Shown here: positions 56,894 through 64,000 of the stretch, piece after piece
How the letters are laid out: each line of letters starts with the position of its first letter
How positions within the stretch are numbered: the first letter of the stretch is position 1
Assembly (NCBI GenBank): GCA_017462455.1
Contig: JAFTRC010000056.1
Span: 12,078 to 76,077, forward strand
Source: Bacilli bacterium
GTDB taxonomy: Bacteria > Bacillota_I > Bacilli_A > RF39 > UBA660
Length of the DNA: 64,000 nucleotides
Reading direction: 5' to 3'
The notes under the pieces: model-generated
Seen by the model: the letters and a program-made list of their open reading frames with translations, nothing else
Told to the model about the DNA's origin: nothing
The model's database searches: none
Translations under genes and position numbers: made by a program

Positions 56894-57151
56894 ATGAAAA
56901 TTACGTCAGTCAATGTTCACAAAAAAAATGATGAAACAAGAATGAAAGGAATAGCTTCAGTATTACTAGATGATTGCTTTGTAATTCGTGATATTAGAAT
57001 TATTGAAGGTAAAGAAGGTTTATTTATCGCAATGCCTAGTAGAAAAAATGCAGATGGTGAGTACCACGACATAGCTCATCCAATCAATGCAGAAACAAGA
57101 AAAATGTTTGAAGACGCTATTTTTGAAGAATATAATAAAGTAGAAGAATAA
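56894..57151 (+). CDS. spoVG: septation protein SpoVG
   Basis: MKITSVNVH...FVIRDIRIIEGKEGLFIAMPSRK. GGAAGGAG RBS. Confidence 0.9.
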   Translation: MKITSVNVHKKNDETRMKGIASVLLDDCFVIRDIRIIEGKEGLFIAMPSRKNADGEYHDIAHPINAETRKMFEDAIFEEYNKVEE

Positions 57152-57171
57152 AAACTCGAAAGAGTTTTTTT
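57151..57171 (+). terminator. Rho-independent terminator after spoVG
   Basis: aaaactc-gaaa-gagtttt followed by a T-run. Confidence 0.6.
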
Positions 57172-57214
57172 CATATATATTTGTTTTCTGCATACCATTT
57201 ATTAGGTGATAATA

Positions 57215-57499
57215 ATGGACAAGGATATACTATCTGGTAATCATAGTGTAAGTATAGGGCAAAGAAAAAGTATAAATATAACAGGTGTAAAAAAAATAGA
57301 AAATTTTGATGAGAATGAATTTTTACTTGAAACTAATATGGGTTTTATGTTAATAAAGGGGAGTAGCTTAGAAATAATAAAATTAGACACATATCAAGGA
57401 GATGTATCAATAAAAGGGAAAATAGATAGTTTAACTTATTTAGAAACATCAAAAAAACAAGATAAGCAAGAAAGTGTATTCTCTAAATTATTTAAATGA
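57215..57499 (+). CDS. yabP: sporulation protein YabP
   Basis: HSVSIGQRKSINITGVKKIENFDENEFLLETNMGFMLIKGSSLEI. Confidence 0.8.
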   Translation: MDKDILSGNHSVSIGQRKSINITGVKKIENFDENEFLLETNMGFMLIKGSSLEIIKLDTYQGDVSIKGKIDSLTYLETSKKQDKQESVFSKLFK

Positions 57500-57783
57500 T
57501 AAGTCTTATTCTTCAATTTAAACTAATAATTTTTTCTTTTATATTTGGTTTTTTGTTTTCTGCACTATTAGAATGGTTTAATAAAAAAATATTAAAATGT
57601 AATACATATTTAAAATTATTATATTCCATTCTTTTAGTAATGGGTATGACTTTCATTTACTTTGTTGGAATACAAAAAATAGGAAATGCTATTTTCCATA
57701 TATATTCAATTATAAGTATTGTAGTAGGTTTTGTTTTATATGATATCTTAATGAAGCTAATTGCAAATACACCTAAAAAATGA
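57496..57783 (+). CDS. yabQ: spore cortex biosynthesis protein YabQ-like small membrane protein
   Basis: Three-helix membrane protein overlapping yabP, in the conserved yabP-yabQ-divIC order. Confidence 0.55.
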   Translation: MISLILQFKLIIFSFIFGFLFSALLEWFNKKILKCNTYLKLLYSILLVMGMTFIYFVGIQKIGNAIFHIYSIISIVVGFVLYDILMKLIANTPKK

Positions 57784-57804
57784 TATACTTGTTATGGTGA
57801 TAAT

Positions 57805-58257
57805 ATGCCTAAGAGAAGAATATCTAAAGCTTCTAAAAGAAGACTTACTTTTTTTGGAACAATAAGCGTAGTTGCTATAGTATATTTTATTTTTAGTTTG
57901 ATATACAATATATATACAATATATAATTTGAATTTAGAAAAGAAAGCATTAGATAATAAATATATAGAATTGCAAGCTAAAGCAGAAGAGTTAAAAATAG
58001 ATATAGATAAATTAAATGATCCAGAATATTTAGCTGATTATGCTAGAGAAAATTATGGATATTCAAAACCTGGAGAATATAAGATTCAAATAGAAGAAGA
58101 AATAGAAGAAATAAAAGAGGCTAGTGAACAATTAGAAATATTATCAATTAGTATAAATAAAAATTATGTTATATTAGGTTTAAGTGCTAGTATGTTGTTA
58201 ATTTTTATTTATATATTATCAAAAGGTAAAAAGAAAAAACAAAAGAATAAAAAATAA
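57805..58257 (+). CDS. divIC: septum formation initiator (DivIC/FtsB family)
   Basis: N-terminal TM, coiled coil, and DPEYLADYARENYGYSKPGE. Confidence 0.75.
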   Translation: MPKRRISKASKRRLTFFGTISVVAIVYFIFSLIYNIYTIYNLNLEKKALDNKYIELQAKAEELKIDIDKLNDPEYLADYARENYGYSKPGEYKIQIEEEIEEIKEASEQLEILSISINKNYVILGLSASMLLIFIYILSKGKKKKQKNKK

Positions 58258-58266
58258 AAGGAAGTG

Positions 58267-58809
58267 TTATAGCTTAACATTTCCTTTTTCTTTTTCTAAA
58301 TTATTTCCATCGAAGTAATCTTTGGGTTTATAGTTTTTAATCATTGCTATAAAATTAGAAGGACAAGATTTTACTAATTTATTATAATCTGTAATAATAT
58401 CATTATAATATTTTCTAAGTCCTACTATTTCAGATTCAGATTCCATAAGATTTATTTCTATTCTTACAAATTCCTCATTAGTTTGTAATTCTGGATATTT
58501 TTCTTTAATTGTATGGAATTCATTAATAGCATCATATAAACTTCTATCTAATTCAAAATTGGATAATTTTTTAGATCTAAGTTTTATGATTCCTTCTAAA
58601 ACTTCTTCTTCAGTTTTTGTATTTGCCTTAATAATACCAATAGATTTATTTAATAAGTCAAATCTTTTTCTTAGTACAGCATCTATATTAACATCAGCTT
58701 CATTAATTCTAATTATATAGTCTTGAAAATGATTATAGGTTGCTACTAATAAAATTAGAATTAAACAAATTACGATGACTACTGATAGTATCGTTATGAT
58801 TGTATTCAT
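58267..58809 (-). CDS. lemA: LemA-family protein
   Basis: N-terminal TM, DAVLRKRFDLLNKSIGIIK, and RKYYNDIITDYNKLV. Confidence 0.8.
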   Translation of the reverse strand: MNTIITILSVVIVICLILILLVATYNHFQDYIIRINEADVNIDAVLRKRFDLLNKSIGIIKANTKTEEEVLEGIIKLRSKKLSNFELDRSLYDAINEFHTIKEKYPELQTNEEFVRIEINLMESESEIVGLRKYYNDIITDYNKLVKSCPSNFIAMIKNYKPKDYFDGNNLEKEKGNVKL

Positions 58810-58866
58810 ATTATCACCTTAACCTAATGACATTATAGCAAATTTCGACATTCTAATCAAGAGTTT

Positions 58867-59238
58867 TTAACCTTTTGATGGATAAAATTGTTGAACAGTA
58901 TTTATTTCTTCATCAAATTTAATAAAATTAACATAAATCATTAAAAGTAGATACCAATTTCCTGTATTTGGATCACTTAAAATAATATGATCTCTCCCTG
59001 ATTGCTCTATTATTCCAGTAAATACGCTATCTTTCCATTCTCCTGCATCAGCAAAAGATTGATACACAGTAACTCTTTTCCCTTTATTAACTCTTAATAT
59101 GTTTTCAATATAAGATTGTTCGTCAGGTATATATTCCTGCATATTAGTAGGCGCAGTTGATTGATTAGGTGTAGGAATATTACCTGAATATATTGGCGTT
59201 CCAGGGAAACCATTATTATTTAAATAATTATTATTCAT
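58867..59238 (-). CDS. gerQ: spore coat protein GerQ
   Basis: SYIENILRVNKGKRVTVY...GIIEQSGRDHIILSDPNTGNWYLLLMIYVNFIKFDEEIN. Start moved to ATG 59238 behind a GAGAGGATGA RBS. Confidence 0.75.
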   Translation of the reverse strand: MNNNYLNNNGFPGTPIYSGNIPTPNQSTAPTNMQEYIPDEQSYIENILRVNKGKRVTVYQSFADAGEWKDSVFTGIIEQSGRDHIILSDPNTGNWYLLLMIYVNFIKFDEEINTVQQFYPSKG

Positions 59239-59309
59239 AAAATCATCCTCTCTCTTTAAAATATATTTCAAAAATAAAATAAATATGCTATAATTAATGT
59301 GGTGATATT

Positions 59310-59873
59310 ATGAAAATTAGTATTGGAGTATCAAATAGACATGTTCACTTAACGAAAGAACATTTAAATATACTATTTGGAGAAGGCTATGAGTTACAAA
59401 AAAGAAATGATTTAACTCAGCCAGGACAGTATGCTACAAATGAACTTGTAACAATAAAAACAGATAAATCGCAAATAGAAAATGTTAGAGTTTTAGGCCC
59501 TGTAAGAACATATTCTCAAGTGGAGATAAGTAAAACAGATGCTTATAAATTAGGTTTGAATCCACCAGTTAGAAATTCTGGAGAGTTAGAAGGAAGTAGT
59601 CCAATAACTGTAATAGGTCCAAAAGGACAAGTAGATTTATTAGAAGGATGTATAATAGCTTCAAGACATATACATTTGACTAAAGAGCATTTGAAAATAT
59701 ATGAACTTGAAGGAAAAGAAATGGTAAATGTTAAAATAAGTGGGGAAAAAGGCGGAATACTAGCTAATGTATCTTTAAAAGTTAGTGATGAAGCATTTTT
59801 TGAATTACACTTGGATACAGATGATGCGAATGCTCATTTAATTAAAAATGGAGATATAGGAGAGATTGTATGA
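59310..59873 (+). CDS. pduL: phosphate propanoyltransferase PduL
   Basis: Duplicated motif GVSNRHVHLTKEHLNILFG / ASRHIHLTKEHLKIY. Confidence 0.85.
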   Translation: MKISIGVSNRHVHLTKEHLNILFGEGYELQKRNDLTQPGQYATNELVTIKTDKSQIENVRVLGPVRTYSQVEISKTDAYKLGLNPPVRNSGELEGSSPITVIGPKGQVDLLEGCIIASRHIHLTKEHLKIYELEGKEMVNVKISGEKGGILANVSLKVSDEAFFELHLDTDDANAHLIKNGDIGEIV

Positions 59874-61060
59874 AGAAAAAATTAAGTTTGCTTGTTTTTG
59901 CACTAATAATAAATTTTGTTTTAATTGGTAAGGTATTGGGCGCAAAAGAATATACTTGTACTTATAGTGAAACCGGTTATGCTGATATTTATGAAATGAA
60001 TTTTACTTCAACCCAAAAAAAAATTGAAATGAAATCAATAAAGTCCTTTGAAGGTGAATTAGTTGGTTATAAATTTAATGATCAAGGTTTTTTATTAGAT
60101 GAAGATGGATATTGTCCAAGTTCTATAAATGTTGATGAGACTAATAAAATGATTACTTGGATAGCTAGTTATAAAGGTATATATATACTTTTAAAAAAAG
60201 AAACTTTTGATGATGGTAGTTATAATTGTTATTATTCAGATACTCCAAATGAAATTCAAATAAAATATAGATCTAATAAGGATTTGAAAATTAATATGAT
60301 TGGTTGTACTGCAACTTACAGCAGAGATATTAATTGTATGGATTATGAATTTGATGATCAAGGATATGAGGCAAAAAATGCAGATGGAGCATGTCCAAGT
60401 TCCGTAAATATAGATGTTGCTAATAAGACGATTACTTGGATAGATGATGGAGAAGGTAAATATGTAGTTAATGGTAAAGATGGATTAACTGATGTATCTG
60501 ATGTTTGTAATGAATTAATAAAACCAGATTCTTGTGGAACGGCTAAAGGCGTTTCTTGTGTTTGGAATAAAAAAGAAGTAGGCGGAAAAACTTATGAGTA
60601 TTGTAATGTTGATAATTTATTATATGTAAGTTGTGGGGATGCAAGGGATATACCTATACAAGTACCTGCTTTGATAAGTTTTTTAGTTAATTTATTAAAG
60701 ATAGTTACTCCAATTATATTAATATTTATGGGTATAATAACTCTTGTAAAAGCACTTGCAGCTTCAAAAGAAGATGAAATAAAGAAAGCTCAAGGTTCAT
60801 TAGTTAAAAAATTAATAGCTGCTGCTATGGTATTCTTTGTAGTAACTATAGTACAATTTGTTATATCTTTAGTAGCTGATGCAGAATATGAATCAGATAA
60901 TGGTGAAACAGAAAAAGATAATTTCTCTAGTTGTCTAGAATGTTTCTTAACTAATAATTGTGAAAAAAATGCTTATTATAAAACTAATATATCAGGTAAA
61001 GAATATTGTACTGATTTAGGTAGTGGAAATTTTGACTTATGTCCTGGAGAAGACTTATAA
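59870..61060 (+). CDS. helical-hairpin pilin-like protein, member F, with ~230-aa Cys-rich ectodomain containing an internal duplication (orphan copy)
   Basis: Signal peptide, then the core LKIVTPIILIFMGIITLVKALAASKEDEIKKAQGSLVKKLIAAAMVFFVV and tail CLECFLTNNC. Overlaps the pduL stop by 4 nt. Confidence 0.6.
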   Translation: MKKKLSLLVFALIINFVLIGKVLGAKEYTCTYSETGYADIYEMNFTSTQKKIEMKSIKSFEGELVGYKFNDQGFLLDEDGYCPSSINVDETNKMITWIASYKGIYILLKKETFDDGSYNCYYSDTPNEIQIKYRSNKDLKINMIGCTATYSRDINCMDYEFDDQGYEAKNADGACPSSVNIDVANKTITWIDDGEGKYVVNGKDGLTDVSDVCNELIKPDSCGTAKGVSCVWNKKEVGGKTYEYCNVDNLLYVSCGDARDIPIQVPALISFLVNLLKIVTPIILIFMGIITLVKALAASKEDEIKKAQGSLVKKLIAAAMVFFVVTIVQFVISLVADAEYESDNGETEKDNFSSCLECFLTNNCEKNAYYKTNISGKEYCTDLGSGNFDLCPGEDL

Positions 61061-61096
61061 TAACAATTGACAAATTAGATAATGTGTGCTAATATT

Positions 61097-61124
61097 AAGA
61101 CGTCTAAAAAGACGTCTTTTTTTT
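61097..61124 (+). terminator. Rho-independent terminator
   Basis: aagacgtc / gacgtctt stem followed by T8. Confidence 0.65.
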
Positions 61125-61140
61125 CATTGAAGGTGATTTT

Positions 61141-61995
61141 ATGTCAAAGATAATAACTATTCCATCTAGTATAGAAGAAATAGAAAAAACAAAACATTTA
61201 GTGGATGGATTTATAATAGGTATAAAAGATATGAGTGTTAATACTAATATGTTACTTGAAGATTTATCTATTTTAGATAGTTTAAGAGATAAAGATATAT
61301 TTATAAGTATTAATAAGAATATGCATAATGGAGATTTACCTATAGTAGAAAAATTATTAAATGAATTAAATAATTATGATATTAAAGGTGTTATGTACTA
61401 TGATGTTGCTGTATTAAGTATATATAAGAAATTAGACTTAAATTATGACTTAGTATGGGCTCAAGAACACGCTTCAACTAATTATAATACAATAAATTAT
61501 TGGAATTCATTTGACGTAAAATACACATATATATCAAATGATATAACAGAAGAAGATGTGGTAACAATTTCAAAAAACTGTAAAGCTAAATTAATGGTAA
61601 ATTTGTTTGGATATTTACCAATGTTTGTCTCAAAAAGACATATTGTAAAGAATTATTTAGAATACTTTGATTTAAAAGATGAAAGTAGTGTAAACTATAT
61701 AGAAAAAGAGGATAAAATTTATCCTATAATAGATAATAATATAGGTACTAGTGTATTTTCCTCAAATATATTGAATGGTATAAAATCTTATTTAAATCTT
61801 GATATTGAATATACTGTTTTAAATAGTTTTGGTATAGAATTAGATAAATTTATTGAAGTAATAAATCTATTTAAATCAGTAAATAAAGATAATGTATTAG
61901 AATATGAAGAAAAGATAAATAATATGTTTAGTAATGTTGATAGAGGTTTTTTAGATAAAAAAACTATATACAGGGTGAAGAAGTATGACAAATAA
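61141..61995 (+). CDS. peptidase U32-family protein (YhbV-like)
   Basis: Paired and overlapping with a canonical U32 gene. Similar TIM-barrel-length protein. The motifs are weak. Confidence 0.55.
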   Translation: MSKIITIPSSIEEIEKTKHLVDGFIIGIKDMSVNTNMLLEDLSILDSLRDKDIFISINKNMHNGDLPIVEKLLNELNNYDIKGVMYYDVAVLSIYKKLDLNYDLVWAQEHASTNYNTINYWNSFDVKYTYISNDITEEDVVTISKNCKAKLMVNLFGYLPMFVSKRHIVKNYLEYFDLKDESSVNYIEKEDKIYPIIDNNIGTSVFSSNILNGIKSYLNLDIEYTVLNSFGIELDKFIEVINLFKSVNKDNVLEYEEKINNMFSNVDRGFLDKKTIYRVKKYDK

Positions 61996-63205
61996 AGTAG
62001 AGTTACTTGCTCCTGCAGGAGATTTAGAAAGATTAAAAATAGCTTTAAAATATGGTGCGGATGCAGTATATATAGGTGGACCATTACTAACAATGAGAGC
62101 TAATGCAGTTAATTTTACTATGGATGAGATTAAAGAAGGTGCTAAGTTTGCTCACTCATTAGGAAAAAAGATATATGTTACAGTAAATATAATACCTCAT
62201 AATGAAAATTTAGATGAGATAACTATTTATTTGAAAAAATTAGAAGAATGTAATATAGATGCGATTATAGCTAGTGATCCAGCTGTTATAAACGAAGCAT
62301 TAACTAAAACTAATTTAGAAGTACACTTATCAACCCAAGCTTCTGCTTTAAACACTGAAGCTGTTAAGTTTTGGAAAGAACAAGGTATATCTAGAGTAGT
62401 ATTAGGAAGAGAATGTACAAAAGAAGAGATAAAAGAAATAATTGATAATGTAGATATTGAAATAGAAACATTTATACATGGGGCTATGTGTGCTGGATAT
62501 AGTGGTAGATGTGTTATGTCTAACTTCTTAACAAATAGAGATGCTAATCGTGGTGGATGTAGTCAAATATGTAGATGGGATTTTGATTTATTAAATGAAG
62601 ATAAAGAAAAATTAGAGGGAGATAAGCCTTTTACATTCTGCTCTAAAGATTTATCTATGCTTAAATATTTACCTGAAATGATTGATATGGGAATAACATC
62701 ACTAAAAATAGAAGGTAGAATGAGAAGTGCTTATTATATAGCTACAATAGTTTCAATATATAGAAAAGTTATTGATGAATATTGTAACGATAAAGTTAAC
62801 TACACATATAATAAAGAGTATGAAAGGGTACTTAGAAGATGTGCAAATAGAGATTCTGTCCCACAATTCTTTAATGGTATATATGATTCAAGCTGTAGTT
62901 ATTATAATGGAAGAGTTGAAGTATCTAATCAAGATTTCTTAGGAATAGTATTAGATTATGATAAAGAAAAAAGAATAGCTACTATTGAACAAAGAAATTA
63001 TTTTAAAAAAGGAGATATTGTAGAAATATTTGGGTCAAATCATAATATAATTACATATAAACTAAATAAAATATATGATGAAGATGACAACTTAATAGAG
63101 ATAGTTAGACATCCAAGACAAGTTGTTAAAATAGAGATAGAAGATGCTCTAGAAAAAGATGACATGATAAGAATAAAATGTGTTGACAAAAGTGAAAATA
63201 TGTAG
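61985..63205 (+). CDS. peptidase U32-family protein (YhbU/PrtC-like)
   Basis: ELLAPAGDLERLKIALKYGADAVYIGG and ETFIHGAMCAGYSGRCVMS. Confidence 0.85.
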   Translation: MTNKVELLAPAGDLERLKIALKYGADAVYIGGPLLTMRANAVNFTMDEIKEGAKFAHSLGKKIYVTVNIIPHNENLDEITIYLKKLEECNIDAIIASDPAVINEALTKTNLEVHLSTQASALNTEAVKFWKEQGISRVVLGRECTKEEIKEIIDNVDIEIETFIHGAMCAGYSGRCVMSNFLTNRDANRGGCSQICRWDFDLLNEDKEKLEGDKPFTFCSKDLSMLKYLPEMIDMGITSLKIEGRMRSAYYIATIVSIYRKVIDEYCNDKVNYTYNKEYERVLRRCANRDSVPQFFNGIYDSSCSYYNGRVEVSNQDFLGIVLDYDKEKRIATIEQRNYFKKGDIVEIFGSNHNIITYKLNKIYDEDDNLIEIVRHPRQVVKIEIEDALEKDDMIRIKCVDKSENM

Positions 63206-63248
63206 TATTATTTTGTATGTTTGCGAAAGGTAATAGAGGTGAACGTTT

Positions 63249-63719
63249 ATGGCAGAACAAAAAGAAATATATTTAACTCAAGAAGGGTTAGACGAAATAA
63301 AAAAAGAATTGGATGAATTAAAATTAGTTAAACGTCCAGAAGTTATAAATGCACTTAAGGATGCTAGAGCGCAAGGTGATTTAAGCGAAAATGCTGAATA
63401 CGATGCTGCTAGAACAGAACAAGCAATCGTTGAATCTAGAATAAAAGAATTAGAAGCAATGGTTGAAAGAGCTGTTGTTATAACTAAAGTAGATACTGAT
63501 GTAGTTTCTATTGGTACTAAAGTTACTTTAGAATATGTTGAAGACGAAGAAGAGGAAGAATATTCTATAGTAGGTAGTAGTGAAGCTGATCCATTCTTAA
63601 ATAAAATATCTAATGAATCTCCAATAGCTAAAGCTATTATGGGATTAAAAGTAGGTAGTGTAGTATCAGTTGAAAGTCCAAATGGAAAATATGATGTAAA
63701 GATATTGGCTATTAATTAA
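63249..63719 (+). CDS. greA: transcription elongation factor GreA
   Basis: LTQEGLDEIKKELDELK...DARAQGDLSENAEYDAAR. Confidence 0.9.
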   Translation: MAEQKEIYLTQEGLDEIKKELDELKLVKRPEVINALKDARAQGDLSENAEYDAARTEQAIVESRIKELEAMVERAVVITKVDTDVVSIGTKVTLEYVEDEEEEEYSIVGSSEADPFLNKISNESPIAKAIMGLKVGSVVSVESPNGKYDVKILAIN

Positions 63720-63720
63720 G

Positions 63721-63746
63721 AAAAGTTGTGAAAAGCAACTTTTTTT
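63721..63746 (+). terminator. Rho-independent terminator after greA
   Basis: aaaagttg / caactttt stem followed by a T-run. Confidence 0.6.
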
Positions 63747-63860
63747 ATATACTAGGAAAGTGCTTGGTAAATTTCACAAAAGTTTCACATAAATTATATT
63801 TACAAACATTTGTTCTTTTGATATAATGTTAATACATTAATGATAAAGGGAGTTTGGTAT

Positions 63861-64000
63861 ATGAAAAAAATATTAAAAGGATATATATTTAGATTATATC
63901 CAACAGAAAAACAAATAGAATTGATAGAAAAAAGTTTTGGATGTTCAAGATATATTTATAATTATTTTTTAGGTAAAAATAAAAACTATATAAATAGTTA
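63861..64000 (+). CDS. tnpB: IS200/IS605-family TnpB (OrfB), N-terminal part; continues beyond the window
   Basis: MKKILKGYIFRLYPTEKQIELIEKSFGCSRYIYNYFL is a typical TnpB N-terminus. GGGAG RBS. Confidence 0.75.
   Translation, partial: MKKILKGYIFRLYPTEKQIELIEKSFGCSRYIYNYFLGKNKNYINS

Noticed and set aside
61788-62093. 101-aa minus-strand ORF
   Set aside because: It is antisense to the overlapping U32 genes.
1-64000. CRISPR arrays, rRNA genes, prophage structural modules, reverse transcriptases
   Set aside because: No regularly spaced short repeats, no rRNA-like conserved blocks, no capsid, terminase or portal-like ORFs, and no YxDD motif proteins were seen. The single Bro-N gene is not enough to call a prophage.

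Overview
AT-rich, standard-code chromosomal window from a low-GC spore-forming Firmicute. Supporting genes are spoVG-yabP-yabQ-divIC, gerQ, scpAB, rnr-smpB, greA, uppP and pduL. Housekeeping genes frame four accessory regions. (1) 7.3-12.9 kb is a decayed, integrase-less islet at the 3' side of tRNA-Leu(CAA). It carries two families of direct repeats, a Mob/Pre-like gene remnant, a candidate type I toxin mRNA, a LysR/Nudix-fusion pair and a Bro-N gene. (2) 14.3-39.6 kb is the main point of interest: about 27 genes, all on the + strand, between scpA and a rhodanese/rmuC pair. It joins a Tad-like pilus module (CpaB-like, CpaF-like ATPase, TadB/TadC-like, three small pilin-like proteins, TadZ-like) to a Gram-positive type IV secretion module (VirB6/TcpH-like, PrgI/VirB3-like, split VirB4, M23+lysozyme hydrolase, two VirB8-sized proteins, VirD4 coupling protein). 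Between the two modules sits a tandem array of a helical-hairpin, pilin-like family with a conserved CxxCF tail. No relaxase, integrase or replication gene lies inside or at the borders of the locus. Two further members of the hairpin family sit at 43.6 kb and 59.9 kb next to housekeeping genes. (3) 41.6-42.9 kb is an ISAs1-family IS with about 28-bp inverted repeats. (4) 50.8-56.1 kb contains an internally deleted, frameshifted TnpB remnant, a decayed stretch, and a cassette typical of polymorphic-toxin loci: small helical protein, 616-aa lipase-class hydrolase, three DUF4176-like proteins, a membrane/lipoprotein-like protein and a DUF1292-like protein. No CRISPR array, rRNA or tmRNA was seen. 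All family assignments come from reading motifs by eye. No database search was run.
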